Source: an uncultured delta proteobacterium (GTDB taxonomy: Bacteria > Desulfobacterota > Binatia > UBA9968). From it: 64,000 nt of DNA. A model generated the notes under the pieces. The model did no database searches, had not been told where the DNA came from, and saw only the letters and a list, made by a program, of their open reading frames with translations. A program made the position numbers and the translations under genes. The DNA is taken from contig CAWFJP010000017.1 of the NCBI GenBank assembly GCA_963816145.1, positions 64,001-128,000 of the forward strand, in the 5' to 3' direction. The first letter of the stretch is position 1, and every line of letters starts with the position of its first letter. Of the stretch, positions 40,490 through 50,768 are shown one piece after another.

Positions 40490-40694
40490 GAAACGATCCG
40501 TTGAAACTATGAAACGATTATGTCTTTAAAATATAAGAAATTTTCTCATATTCAATATATCGTTTCATACATTGTGAAACGATATACAAAACTGCCTTGC
40601 AACCAAACAGGTCCAGGCGTGAAACGATTAAATCCCCGCCAATAAAGGAAAATCCGTTATCTTTAGCGAATCGTTGCAGATACTCTGAAACGAT
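40489..40694. promoter_or_regulatory. Array of six TGAAACGAT sites including a perfect 12-bp inverted repeat upstream of Fic gene
   Basis: Sites at 40489, 40510, 40559 (inverted), 40575, 40620, 40686; TATATCGTTTCA-N7-TGAAACGATATA. Confidence 0.7.
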
Positions 40695-40786
40695 TTTTCA
40701 GAATGAGATATCACGTGGACATCACCAAAAATCAGGACAACTCTGGCTGAGTAATTCAGTCAAGCTGGGAAAGCAGGACAAACCTT

Positions 40787-42022
40787 CTACCTCGCCTCGA
40801 ATGTCGGCAGCCAGCCGCCGGGAGGATTGAGATCGATGAGATCGCGCTGCTTCGATGCGCGGCCCGAGATCAGGTAGCGCTCGCCGCGATAGGACCAGAC
40901 TCGAAGATCGGTCCAGAGTGGCGCTTCGCTATCATTACCTGCTGAGACCAGAACAGGTTTCGGCACCGTTTTCTGGGCAACATAGGAGGGCTTCTTGCGC
41001 AGCAGTTGGCGTAAACGGCCTTTGCCGACTTGGGAGCTAGCGAGCACGCCGTGGCCAGCGAAGCCCTGCGCGGGTTTGAAGAAAAAAGCCGCTTTGCTGG
41101 CGACAATCGCGTCGAGATTCTCCGCTTTCAGAAGATATGTCTCCGGCACATGGGCGCTAAGCACGGCTCGTTCATCGGGAGTAATCCCGATCTCCCGGTC
41201 CCAATGCGGTAGGGAAAGAAACTCAAGCAAGCGCTTGTCGCTCCGCGTCGCGTAGCTAAACGGATTGGGCGCGACGTAGACTTTGCCGCTTAGATATGCG
41301 GCGCGCAGCGGCGCAAAGATTTCGCCATCCCAGAAAAAGTCAGTGGCGCGGTTAATGACAAAAACCACCGGCGCGTCGCCCAAGAGAAGCGCCTTTCCAT
41401 CCCAGCGCAACTCGTCAGGCGCCGCAATTTCCGCGCGCCGGCCGCGTTTGCGCAACAGCTCGCGGAGCAGCAATAATTCCTGATAGAATTTTCCCCCGGC
41501 GAGCGCCGCCGAGGTCTCGACAATCAAGAACAGGCCCTGCGGTTTTGCGCCGGAAAACTCTCCGCTCTCACGGTCGATAAATCCAGCCACGCGGTTTGCA
41601 ATTGCGTCAACCGTCGGCGGCGGCAAGACGGTTGAGGCATTCGTGAGATCGGACAATTCGTAGAAAAACCGGTTGATCAGAGCGGCGTAGAGAAACCCTG
41701 AACCGTTGTCATTGCACTCGATAAGCTGCCAGCCTTGTTCCGGCGAGAGGTGGAAATCCCAAGCGGTAAAAAAGCAGATCTCCCGACGTTGCGCGCGGGC
41801 GATCTCGGGCGCCTTCGCGGTGACCCGCCATAGCCAGGCGGCACTGGTTGTTATGCGGTCGAACAGTCGAATGAACTCATCGATTTGAACCAGTGTTGTG
41901 TGCGGAATCAGTTGGGCGAAGGGAACCACGGAAAACTCTTGCGGCACCTCGGGCATTCCGGACGCCGAAAGCGCACTGAAAAATTCAGCTTTTGGAAAAC
42001 TCGTCCGCTGAATTGTCGGCAT
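40787..42022 (-). CDS. Circularly permuted ATP-grasp/glutathione-synthetase-like ligase
   Basis: 'DFHL......LIECNDNG.G', 'INRATDF', 'PNP......SDKR', 'FFKP..G..G.G', 'DLR'. Confidence 0.7.
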   Translation of the reverse strand: MPTIQRTSFPKAEFFSALSASGMPEVPQEFSVVPFAQLIPHTTLVQIDEFIRLFDRITTSAAWLWRVTAKAPEIARAQRREICFFTAWDFHLSPEQGWQLIECNDNGSGFLYAALINRFFYELSDLTNASTVLPPPTVDAIANRVAGFIDRESGEFSGAKPQGLFLIVETSAALAGGKFYQELLLLRELLRKRGRRAEIAAPDELRWDGKALLLGDAPVVFVINRATDFFWDGEIFAPLRAAYLSGKVYVAPNPFSYATRSDKRLLEFLSLPHWDREIGITPDERAVLSAHVPETYLLKAENLDAIVASKAAFFFKPAQGFAGHGVLASSQVGKGRLRQLLRKKPSYVAQKTVPKPVLVSAGNDSEAPLWTDLRVWSYRGERYLISGRASKQRDLIDLNPPGGWLPTFEAR

Positions 42023-42267
42023 ATGGGCTAGTTTGAGGTCTTAAATCGTCACAGCTCTCGGTAAGGATACCTTCGTGACCATCTCTTGCCATCAACAACG
42101 CTCGCGCAATCGTGCGCACGAGAGGCGGAGAATTTCCCGAGGTGCAGACTCAAACGATCAATCGTCGAGTCCCCGGTCGAATGATCTGACCCTAACAAAC
42201 TCCGTGGATTTCATCCCGTGCAAGCCAGACCCGCCGTTACCCTGTCCTTACCGGAAAACAGTTATGT

Positions 42268-44250
42268 TCATTTGCTCGGAATTTTCGCTACTACTTCGCC
42301 ACTCAGCCGCTTGGTCTCCTCCTCCGTAAGCGATTCCAATTCAGTCAAGATTTCGTTCATCTTTGTCCCGTCGAGAGTTTGTCCCCAAGAGTCGGTAATC
42401 ACCACCGCCATTTCTGCAACCGTCGGAGTTCGAAATAAAGATCGAACAGACATTTCTAACTCAAATTCCTTGATGACCTGAGAGACAATTTGAATGGCCA
42501 GAAGAGAATGTCCCCCCAATTCGAAAAAGTTGTCGTGGATACCTACGTGCGCGAGGCCGATAGCATCAGCCCAAATTCTTGCCAGGGTCTCCTCGACGGG
42601 GGTGCGAGGAGCTACATAATCGACTCGCAATTCCGAGCACCGCTGCTCGGGCTCGGGCAGGGCACGACGATCTACCTTGCCGTTGGAAGTCAGCGGCATC
42701 GCGTCGAGCACGACAAACGCTGAAGGAATCATGTGCTCCGGCAATTTCTCGGCCAACGCGCGCCGTAGTGAACTTATACTAGGCGCCGGCTTACCGGCGG
42801 GTACGAGGTAGGCAATAAGGCGGATATCGATTCCCTGGCGTTGTGTCACCACAACAGCCTCTCTGATCCCGTCAACCGCCCGCAACGCGGTCTCCACCTC
42901 GCCGATTTCCAACCGGTTGCCGCGAATTTTTACTTGAAAATCTTTTCGTCCGGCGTGGTAAAGCAAGCCGTCGGGAAGCATGATTCCGCGATCTCCAGAG
43001 AGAAATGTGCGTTCCTCTCCGCCATCGGTGCGAAATTTATCCCGCGTGAGATCCGGCTGGCGCCAGTATCCCGGAGAGATATAACGGCTTCTGATGGCAA
43101 TTTCTCCTGTTTGACCAAAGCCAAGCGGCTGCCCGTTATCATCGAGGACAAGAATCTCGGTGCCGTCGCAAGGGTAGCCAAGCGGAATAATCTCATCGGT
43201 GATTTTTGTTTGCTTGTCGATATAGTAGCAAGCGACACTCCCGGTCTCGGTCGAGGCAAACCAGTTGACGAAAATGCACTCTGGAGAAAAATACTTTTTA
43301 TAAAGCTCCACGTCGGTTTGACGGACCGGTTCATTGCCCACCCTGACAACCCGTAGTGCCGGGAACTGTTCGTTCCCATTGAGAGCCGTTGCAAAACTGC
43401 AAAAGACGCTGGCGCCCGAGATAAATAGGGTAATGCCCTCTGTGATAAGCCAGTTGGCCAGATCCGCAAGCCCATCCTCGGGAATATTCCAAGGGTAAAG
43501 AGCCGCGCCCGCCGCCAACGCACTTATGACGATTTTCATTCCCTGACCGCCGGTGCAGGTACCGAGAAGTGTCAATCGGTCATCCGGCTGGATGCGAAGA
43601 TTATTGACATAAGCCATTACGCTATGAAGCGCGTTTCGGTGGGTCTGAGCAACTCCCTTCGGCTGTCCGGTTGAGCCGGAGGTGTATAGGATAAAAGCGA
43701 TTGTTTCCGGTGCTACGGTGAGTTCGATATTGTCATCGGCCAAACTCGCGTCCAGTTCGTCGATGTTAATTACCCGCGCCGTTCTATCGGCTAACTGATT
43801 GGCTTCGGAAACATAGTTGCTATTCGTTACGATTAACCCGCTTCCCGAGTCGGCAAAGATATTGCGGCTCCTTGCTGGTGGGCTCGTGGAATCGAGGGGC
43901 ACACAGCACTTACCGGCTTTCATGACTCCGATGATCGAAGCGATCATATCGGCATCATGTCCGAGCAGTAGAGCGATGGGCTCCGCTTCATTGCCACGCT
44001 GCGATAGCAGCGCACGCGCGATACGATTGGCGATCGTATTAAGATCACCGTAGCTGAGTCGTCGGCCCTTAACGCGGACGGCAACCCGATCATGGTCATG
44101 TGCAACCTGTCGCTCGAAATGAGCTGGGATCGACTGCTCGATTTCACTTTTTGTGAATTCAATAAACTTGCCGGCGGGATGAAAACATTTCGCTCGAATG
44201 GCTTCCTGCTCCGGCGGCAGCTTATATTTATTGGGGATTAAATCGGTCAT
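42268..44250 (-). CDS. Stand-alone NRPS-like A-T protein, paralog of 35683-37647
   Basis: 'YTSGSTGQPKGV', 'QVKIRGNRLE', 'NGKVDR'; carrier 'FFELGGHSL'; shared 'IRAKCFHP' leader. Confidence 0.92.
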   Translation of the reverse strand: MTDLIPNKYKLPPEQEAIRAKCFHPAGKFIEFTKSEIEQSIPAHFERQVAHDHDRVAVRVKGRRLSYGDLNTIANRIARALLSQRGNEAEPIALLLGHDADMIASIIGVMKAGKCCVPLDSTSPPARSRNIFADSGSGLIVTNSNYVSEANQLADRTARVINIDELDASLADDNIELTVAPETIAFILYTSGSTGQPKGVAQTHRNALHSVMAYVNNLRIQPDDRLTLLGTCTGGQGMKIVISALAAGAALYPWNIPEDGLADLANWLITEGITLFISGASVFCSFATALNGNEQFPALRVVRVGNEPVRQTDVELYKKYFSPECIFVNWFASTETGSVACYYIDKQTKITDEIIPLGYPCDGTEILVLDDNGQPLGFGQTGEIAIRSRYISPGYWRQPDLTRDKFRTDGGEERTFLSGDRGIMLPDGLLYHAGRKDFQVKIRGNRLEIGEVETALRAVDGIREAVVVTQRQGIDIRLIAYLVPAGKPAPSISSLRRALAEKLPEHMIPSAFVVLDAMPLTSNGKVDRRALPEPEQRCSELRVDYVAPRTPVEETLARIWADAIGLAHVGIHDNFFELGGHSLLAIQIVSQVIKEFELEMSVRSLFRTPTVAEMAVVITDSWGQTLDGTKMNEILTELESLTEEETKRLSGEVVAKIPSK

Positions 44251-44359
44251 TTGATTTGTTTGCGCATCTCAGCAAACGGCTGGCGCAATTGTGAGGCAAT
44301 TCTGAGGGTCAGACATCTATGACTCGAAAATCAGATCACGCTTCCAAGCTCACATCTCG

Positions 44360-44497
44360 TAAAAGCGCACTGTGGTATGAACGAGCAGATTTCGCTTGCT
44401 CTCCTAACTGATATCGTTCCGTTTAAGGAAAATGTCGACCGCGCCGTAGAGGAGGTCCCCGTCCGGGAAAGTCGAACGATAAACCCAACACTGGTCG
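44360..44497 (-). pseudogene. Degenerate copy of the 3' end of amidohydrolase gene (53519-53657)
   Basis: Collinear match, e.g. gtaaaagcgc...ttcgcttgctctcct...taaacccaacactggtcg. Confidence 0.8.
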
Positions 44498-44537
44498 TTT
44501 CTATTGCCAAAATGGTTATTGCCTGCTGCCATTCGCA

Positions 44538-45569
44538 CTACTTTGCCTCGAGTATCTGTTTCACTCGACTCACCACCGCGGGCTCGATTTCATACAAGCC
44601 GTTCACCATCTTTTCGATGCCGGGTCCATCGATCGGGTCGATTTCGAGCTTGGCCTTTTCCGCCTCGGCCATAAACTGAGGATCCGCCAGAGTGCTGACG
44701 AAAGCTTTTTGCAGTGTTCGTAGGCGCTGTTCGGGCACTTGCGGCGGGAGCGAATAGAGTCTCTGCTTGCCGTAAAGCTCGGCGGCGATGCGCAGGAGTT
44801 TTTTCCCCTCGTCGGTCTTGGCGTAATCGATGGCGAGCGGGACACCCTTGAGCTCGGGATGAGGCTCGAGCATCGTCTGGAGCACGACATGGATCTGTTT
44901 GGCCTTGAGCGCGTTGGCCCAGGTCACCTTCGCCGATTGCCAGCCAAAGGCGCAGGTACCGTCGACTTCGCCGGTTTCCGCGGCAATCCTGATGTCGGCG
45001 GTGCCCTTGTAGCCCTCGATCAACTGCAGCGGGAAATCCGTCGCGGCGGCTAGCAACTTGGTATCGTCGGTGCCGCTGGTGCCGGGGCCGATCGCTCCGA
45101 GCTTGACCCGTGTTTTGGCCTTACGCCAATCCTCCGCAGTTCTGATCCCGCTGCGTTCGGTCGTGATGCACACTAGCGCATCCGCCGTCGGCATGCCGAG
45201 CCAGCCAAACTTGCGTCCCTCGAATAGCACCGCCGGGTTGCCCATCATGTGCTGCAAAATCAGCGGGCCGGACCAATGGCCGATCACCGTGCCATCGCGG
45301 GGAGCACTGTTATAGGTATAATTCGCCGCGATAAGCATCGCCGCTCCAGGCATGTTCTGAACGACAGTAGCCGGTTTGCCCGGAACGAATTGCGGGAAGT
45401 GGCGCGCGATCAGTCTGGTGTAGGTATCGTAGCCGCCGCCGGCGGTGCCGCCGACGACCCACTGGATGGTTTTGCCTTTGTAGAAGTCCTCGACCGTGGC
45501 CGCTCGCGCCGAGACCGACAATACCGAGATAATGATCGGCAGCAAAAATACGTCGAGCGCTTTAACCAT
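44538..45569 (-). CDS. TctC/Bug substrate-binding protein, paralog 2
   Basis: Highly similar to 28195-29226 over the full 343 aa. Confidence 0.9.
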   Translation of the reverse strand: MVKALDVFLLPIIISVLSVSARAATVEDFYKGKTIQWVVGGTAGGGYDTYTRLIARHFPQFVPGKPATVVQNMPGAAMLIAANYTYNSAPRDGTVIGHWSGPLILQHMMGNPAVLFEGRKFGWLGMPTADALVCITTERSGIRTAEDWRKAKTRVKLGAIGPGTSGTDDTKLLAAATDFPLQLIEGYKGTADIRIAAETGEVDGTCAFGWQSAKVTWANALKAKQIHVVLQTMLEPHPELKGVPLAIDYAKTDEGKKLLRIAAELYGKQRLYSLPPQVPEQRLRTLQKAFVSTLADPQFMAEAEKAKLEIDPIDGPGIEKMVNGLYEIEPAVVSRVKQILEAK

Positions 45570-45951
45570 GCGCCACCTCCTTACGGATCGGCTATCGTCG
45601 CGGAACGTAGTTTGTTCGCTAGGCTCATGTCAAGGGTCCAGACGCTGCGTCGGGGACAACGACGCGAATTTGGATATTGCTCGCGCCCAGACCGCAAAGA
45701 TAACAATTTATTTATTTCCGTTCCTTTGCGTGCTTTGCGCGAGATGGTCCGATTTTCGGTTGACGCGGTACCTTGCCGTGTTATGCCAGTTGCTAAGAAC
45801 AGTAAACAACCATATCTTCAGAAAAGAAATTACCGACACGTAGGCAGAGCGCGGTTCGACCTGATTCGTTTTGCAATTCCGTCCTTGTCTTCATTCGAGC
45901 CACGATGACTACCATTGAGAGGCTCCGCCGTACCTGCACCGGAAGCTAAGC

Positions 45952-47268
45952 ATGAACGATACTCTTGTCACTGAGAAATCAGTCAAAAAGCGGCAACCGT
46001 TTTTTTTCGGCTGGTACATGGTCGCCGCGAGTGTCGTTACCAACACGATCTTCTCCGCCGCCTATTTCCAGGGCTTCGGCGTTCTCATCATCCCGATAGA
46101 ACGGACCTTCGGCTGGGACCGCTGGGTCGTTTCAGCCGCTATGTCGTTGCGCCAGTTGGAATCCGGCATTATCAGTCCCGCTGTCGGATTTCTGTTGGAC
46201 CGCTTCAGCGCGCGTAGATTGATTTTCTGGAGCGCGGTAATCTCGGGCGTCGGCTTCATCGGCCTCGGCTTCACTACCGGCATCGTCACGTTTTTTCTCT
46301 GCTTCGTGATCATTTCCCTGGGCGCATCAGGGGTCAGCCACGCGGTTACCTGGCCGGTGATCATCTCCCGCTGGTTTCGCCGCAACCGCGGCCTGGCCAC
46401 GGGGCTGGCGGTAACCGGTCCCATCTTCGGCTCGCCCATCGTTATACTAAACACGCAGATCGAGGAGGCGTACGGCTGGCGCGTCGTCCTGTTCGGCTAC
46501 GGCGCCCTGGTCTTAGTCGGCGTCACGCTGCTCAGCATGCTGGTACGTGACCGGCCGGAGCCCTATGGTTTGCGGCCAGATGGCGACCCGCCCGAGGAGA
46601 GCGCTTCGACGAAACGTCCCACCAGCTCATCGCTGCGCGGCACAGACGGCGGGCTCACGCTCCGCGCGGTGTTCCGCACCAAGGAGTTCTGGCTATTCAC
46701 GAGCTACTTGTCGGGGACCTTCGCCGTAAACTCCGCCTTTCAAATCCACATGATTCCCTACTTCCAGCAAGACATCGGATTTACCGCGGCCTGGGCGGCC
46801 GTGGTCATGTCCATCGTCTTCATCATCAGCGGTATTGGCCGCATCGGCGGCGGCTATCTGCTCGACAGGATGGACTATCGCGCCGTCCTGGCGGCGGTCG
46901 CCGCGATGATGGGCATCGCCCTCTTGTACCTTCAGGTGGTGGCGGTCAAAACGGTCTGGGCCACATTGCCCTTCGCGCTGATGTTCGGCGTCAGCTTCGG
47001 CTGCCTGGTGCCCATGCGCGGTGCCGTCGGCAGCATTATGTTCGGTACCCGGGCGATTGGCAAAGTGTTGGGCATACTCCAGGGAGGGCCGATCGCGGCG
47101 GGAGTCATCGGCCCCTTCGTCATGGGTATAATCTTCGACCTGCACGGCAACTACTCCGCGGCGATCTGGGGACTCATCGTCACCAGCGCCCTCATGGTGC
47201 CGCTGTCCCTGGCCATGGCCTCGCCCACCGAGTTGGCCACGCGTATCGCACAGCAGCAGCGGATTTGA
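45952..47268 (+). CDS. MFS transporter
   Basis: ~12 hydrophobic segments; 'G.LLDRF..R', 'WF...RGLA.G'. Confidence 0.9.
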   Translation: MNDTLVTEKSVKKRQPFFFGWYMVAASVVTNTIFSAAYFQGFGVLIIPIERTFGWDRWVVSAAMSLRQLESGIISPAVGFLLDRFSARRLIFWSAVISGVGFIGLGFTTGIVTFFLCFVIISLGASGVSHAVTWPVIISRWFRRNRGLATGLAVTGPIFGSPIVILNTQIEEAYGWRVVLFGYGALVLVGVTLLSMLVRDRPEPYGLRPDGDPPEESASTKRPTSSSLRGTDGGLTLRAVFRTKEFWLFTSYLSGTFAVNSAFQIHMIPYFQQDIGFTAAWAAVVMSIVFIISGIGRIGGGYLLDRMDYRAVLAAVAAMMGIALLYLQVVAVKTVWATLPFALMFGVSFGCLVPMRGAVGSIMFGTRAIGKVLGILQGGPIAAGVIGPFVMGIIFDLHGNYSAAIWGLIVTSALMVPLSLAMASPTELATRIAQQQRI

Positions 47269-47269
47269 C

Positions 47270-47443
47270 CAGGCTGCAGAAAAAGACCTATATGCTTCGT
47301 TGCGCCTCAACCGCCTCGGTCGAATTCGTGGTCGCGTAGCGTGTTCGCGCTCGTGTGGGTTTCACGGTCACGTTCACGGTCCATGGGCGCCTCGCCTCTG
47401 GATCTTATTGAGCAGCCTGCAAGAGTTTTCAGCAAACTGCTAG
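47270..47443. mobile_element. MITE-like element with IS-type ends
   Basis: caggctgcagaaaaag ... tgagcagcctg inverted ends plus ttttcagcaaactgctag; non-coding. Confidence 0.45.
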
Positions 47444-47651
47444 GTGTTTCCCACCTGGAGAAAAGACATATGGTCATTAGCTGGACGGTCAAGTAGGCAT
47501 GGATCTTCGCGCTGTTGATGGGGTCGCGTTATGCATTGCAATAAATGTGTGATCGCAAGACCTGGCCAGAAATCTGTTTACGAAATTTGCTTTAATAAAA
47601 AATCCACTGGTCTGTATACTCACAAGTCAGACTAACTCGCACCATGCCACC

Positions 47652-47665
47652 TTGACAGTTGTCAA
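47652..47665. promoter_or_regulatory. FNR/CRP-family-like palindrome TTGAC-N4-GTCAA
   Basis: ttgacagttgtcaa ~30 nt upstream of methyltransferase ATG. Confidence 0.35.
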
Positions 47666-47694
47666 ATTCGTCCAGATGCGCGAGATTATCAGCT

Positions 47695-48749
47695 ATGACA
47701 ACCATCAACCAAAATCGCACACGGACGAATGCCGCCCTTGATCCCTCATCTATCCTGCAAACCGCTTTCGGTTTTTGGCATTCCAAAGTCCTGCTCACGG
47801 CCGTCGAGTTCGGCGTGTTCACGAAACTCGCCGGTCGCCGTCTCACCGGCGCAGAGCTTGGCGCGGAATTGCAATTCCACCCGCGCGCGATCGCGGATTT
47901 TTTTGATGCTCTCGTCGCGATGAAGTTTCTCGGCCGCGAAGGTGACGGCTCGCAGGCGAGGTATTTCAACACGCCCGAAGGCTTATTGTTCCTCGACGAG
48001 GCCAGCCCGCGTTACATCGGGGGCTGGCTGGCGATGTGCAACGCGCGGCTCTTCAAATTCTGGAACGATCTCCCAGAGGCGTTGCGGACGGGCCGAGCGC
48101 AGAACGAGATCAAGCATGGCCAGAAGGGCATGTTTGAAGAACTCTACTCGGATCTACCCCGACTGGAGCAATTCATGGGCGCGATGACAGGCCTCTCGCG
48201 GATCAACTTCGAGGCGTTCGCGGACAAATTTGACTTCGCGAAGTTCCAAACCCTCTGCGACGTCGGCGGCGCCACCGGCCTGCTGAGCGTTGAAGTCGCA
48301 AAGAAACACTCGCACCTCAAATGCACCAGCTTCGACCTGCCAGTGGTCGAACCCATTGCGAAGAATCACATAGCCGCCGCCGGGTTGGAGAACCGCGTCG
48401 TCACGGCATCCGGTGATTTCTTCAAAGACCCACTGCCGAAGGCCGACGTCATCACGATGGGCATGATTCTGCACGACTGGAATCTGGAGAAAAAGATGCA
48501 TCTCATCCGCTCCGCGTACGATGCTTTGCCGCCCGGCGGCGCGCTGGTAGCCATTGAAGCGCTGATTGACGACGCCCGCCGCGAGAACGTCCAGGGGTTG
48601 TTGATGTCGCTCAACATGCTCATCGAATTCGGCGACGCCTTTGATTATTCCGGCGCGGACTTCCGCAAGTGGTGTGGGAGGTCGGTTTCAAACACTTCGA
48701 AGTCATCCATCTCGCCGGCCCATCGAGTGCCGCGGTAGCCTACAAGTAG
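47695..48749 (+). CDS. O-methyltransferase (dimerisation + Methyltransf_2) with a C-terminal frameshift near 48677
   Basis: 'DVGGATG', 'FDLP', 'GDFF', 'ILHDW'; typical ending EVGFKHFEVIHLAGPSSAAVAYK* lies in a shifted frame. Confidence 0.85.
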
Positions 48750-48979
48750 CCGGAAACGATCCTATGTCGGAATAAAATCACGGCAAGGGAATGTTGATGG
48801 GGTCGAGTTGATGGATCGCGCCTTGCACTGCAACAAATGTATGATCCTAAACCCCGGCCGCAAGTCCTGGATGAGATCTAACAAACTTTCGGCGACACTG
48901 ATCCTGCGAAACTTGAAGCGTCGTTCAGTTCAATCGGTGTCCGTCGTCAGTTCTGCAAGACGATCGAGATTTACTGCTG

Positions 48980-50010
48980 AAATGGCCGCCGTTCCCCCGG
49001 AGACCAAGCCGCTAGCGGGGCTGTGGGAAGTCCAACGGGAAGTGGTGTTAAAGGCAAGCCGCAAGGAAGAACCTAAGCAGGCCACCATCGACCAGGACGC
49101 CACGGTGATCGAGAGCCACAAAGAACAGAGCCGCATGACGTATTTGGGCGAGCGTGGGTATCAGCCGGTGATCAACTACTGGGTGGAGCAGGACTTGATT
49201 TTGGCCGACGAGTTTCGCGATGGCAATGTGCCGGCGGGGATGGATTGCCTGAGTTCGTTTATGCGCACCATCCGGGCACTGCCTGCGAGCATCGAGACGC
49301 TTTACTTTCGTTCCGACAGTGCGGCCTACCAGCACAAGCTGTTAGATGCGATGCGCGATGGGATAGAACTTTATGGCAAGCAAGTGCCAGTCTATTTTGC
49401 CATCAGCGCCGATGTCAGCGAGGCGCTTCGGGGAAAGATCGTCTCATTATCGGACTCCGCGTGGAAACCGTTGAGGAGACTGACCGAGAAGGGATGGATC
49501 GAAGGCAGAAAAGAGTGGGCCGAGGTCGAGTTTATCCCCTCGGATGCATCGGTGAAGAAGGCCATGAAGCCGGACCGCTATTTAGCGATCCGAGTCAGGC
49601 CCTGGCAGACCGAGCTATTTTCAGACGGCAACAGCTATCACTACTACGCGGTGGTCACCAACCGTTGGGAGATCGAGGGCGAGGAACTGTTGCGCTGGCA
49701 GCGCGAGCGCTGTGGGAGTGTGGAGAAGGTCCATGATGCATTGAAGAACGATCTGGCGGGAGGGGTAATGCCGTGCGGGAGGTATTACGCCAACGCGGCG
49801 TGGTGGCGACTCAACTGTCTTTGCTACAACGTGATCTCGATCATGAAGCGCAAGGGGCTGCCGCAAAGCTTTTGGCCGGTGCGGATGAAGGCTCTGAGGT
49901 TTCATTTGATCGGGGTAGCCGGCAAGGTGGTCTCGCACGCGCGCATGACGTTTCTGAAAATCACCGAAGGGCTGATTGGCTATCGGCAGGCGAGAAGCCA
50001 GTGGATTGAC
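48980..50010 (+). mobile_element. IS1380-family transposase, N-terminally truncated
   Basis: 'TIDQDATVIES.K', 'GYQP', 'FRDGNVPA', 'RSDSAAY', 'R...E..HD.LKND.....MP.G...ANAAWW'. Confidence 0.85.
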
Positions 50011-50153
50011 CTTCTTGACAAGATCTTGGCAACTGGCGAATATTTCAATCGGTTGTTTTTTGTGGAATCGGAAAGAAAAAATTTGGAATTCGGCCGGTCA
50101 TTCGGCAAAAGACTTAAATGTAAGTCCTCATCTCCTCGTCTCGCGGGGGTCGC

Positions 50154-50636
50154 ATGTCAGAAAAATCAAAGCCAGTGGCCGTGACCGCAGCCGAGGCGCC
50201 GGCGCGAACTAAGCCATCTGTCTATCCTGAGCCTTTCGCGTCGCGCATGGTGGGCAGAGAGAAGCGCCCCCTCGGCGATCTCTTTGGCCTGACAAACTTT
50301 GGCGTCAACCTCACGCGCTTGGCTCCTAACGCAGCTTCGGCCCTTCGCCATGCTCACACCAAGCAAGACGAGTTTGTTTATATCCTCCAAGGCCGGCCAA
50401 CACTCCACACCGATGAAGGTCGAACCCGGCTCTCTCCTGGAATGTGCGCAGGTTTCAAGGCAGGCACAGGCAATGGTCACCGCTTGGTCAATGAAACCGC
50501 AGAAGAGGTTGTCTACCTCGAAGTCGGCGACCGAACGCCGGGGGACCAAGGAACCTATCCCGATGACGATCTCAAAGCCTTGCTCGTTGAGGGAAAGTGG
50601 AAGTTCGTCCACAGAGATGGCACGGCCTATGTGTGA
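50154..50636 (+). CDS. Cupin domain protein
   Basis: 'LGDLFGLTNFGVN...L.P...SALRH.H..QDEF.YIL.G', 'GH.LVN'. Confidence 0.88.
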   Translation: MSEKSKPVAVTAAEAPARTKPSVYPEPFASRMVGREKRPLGDLFGLTNFGVNLTRLAPNAASALRHAHTKQDEFVYILQGRPTLHTDEGRTRLSPGMCAGFKAGTGNGHRLVNETAEEVVYLEVGDRTPGDQGTYPDDDLKALLVEGKWKFVHRDGTAYV

Positions 50637-50768
50637 GGCAATTGCTCAACATCTACTGAATTCTAATCCTGTGTTGGTGCGGCCGGACCGCCAGCACCGC
50701 GCTTTGGTAAAGGTTGTGCTGAACCGCCGCACAACGCCACGTTATGCGTCACACGATGAGGCGACCTG

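Noticed and set aside
50010-50184. C-terminal extension of the IS1380 ORF as real transposase sequence
   Set aside because: Looks like read-through into unrelated intergenic and cupin sequence; no intact terminal inverted repeats were found.
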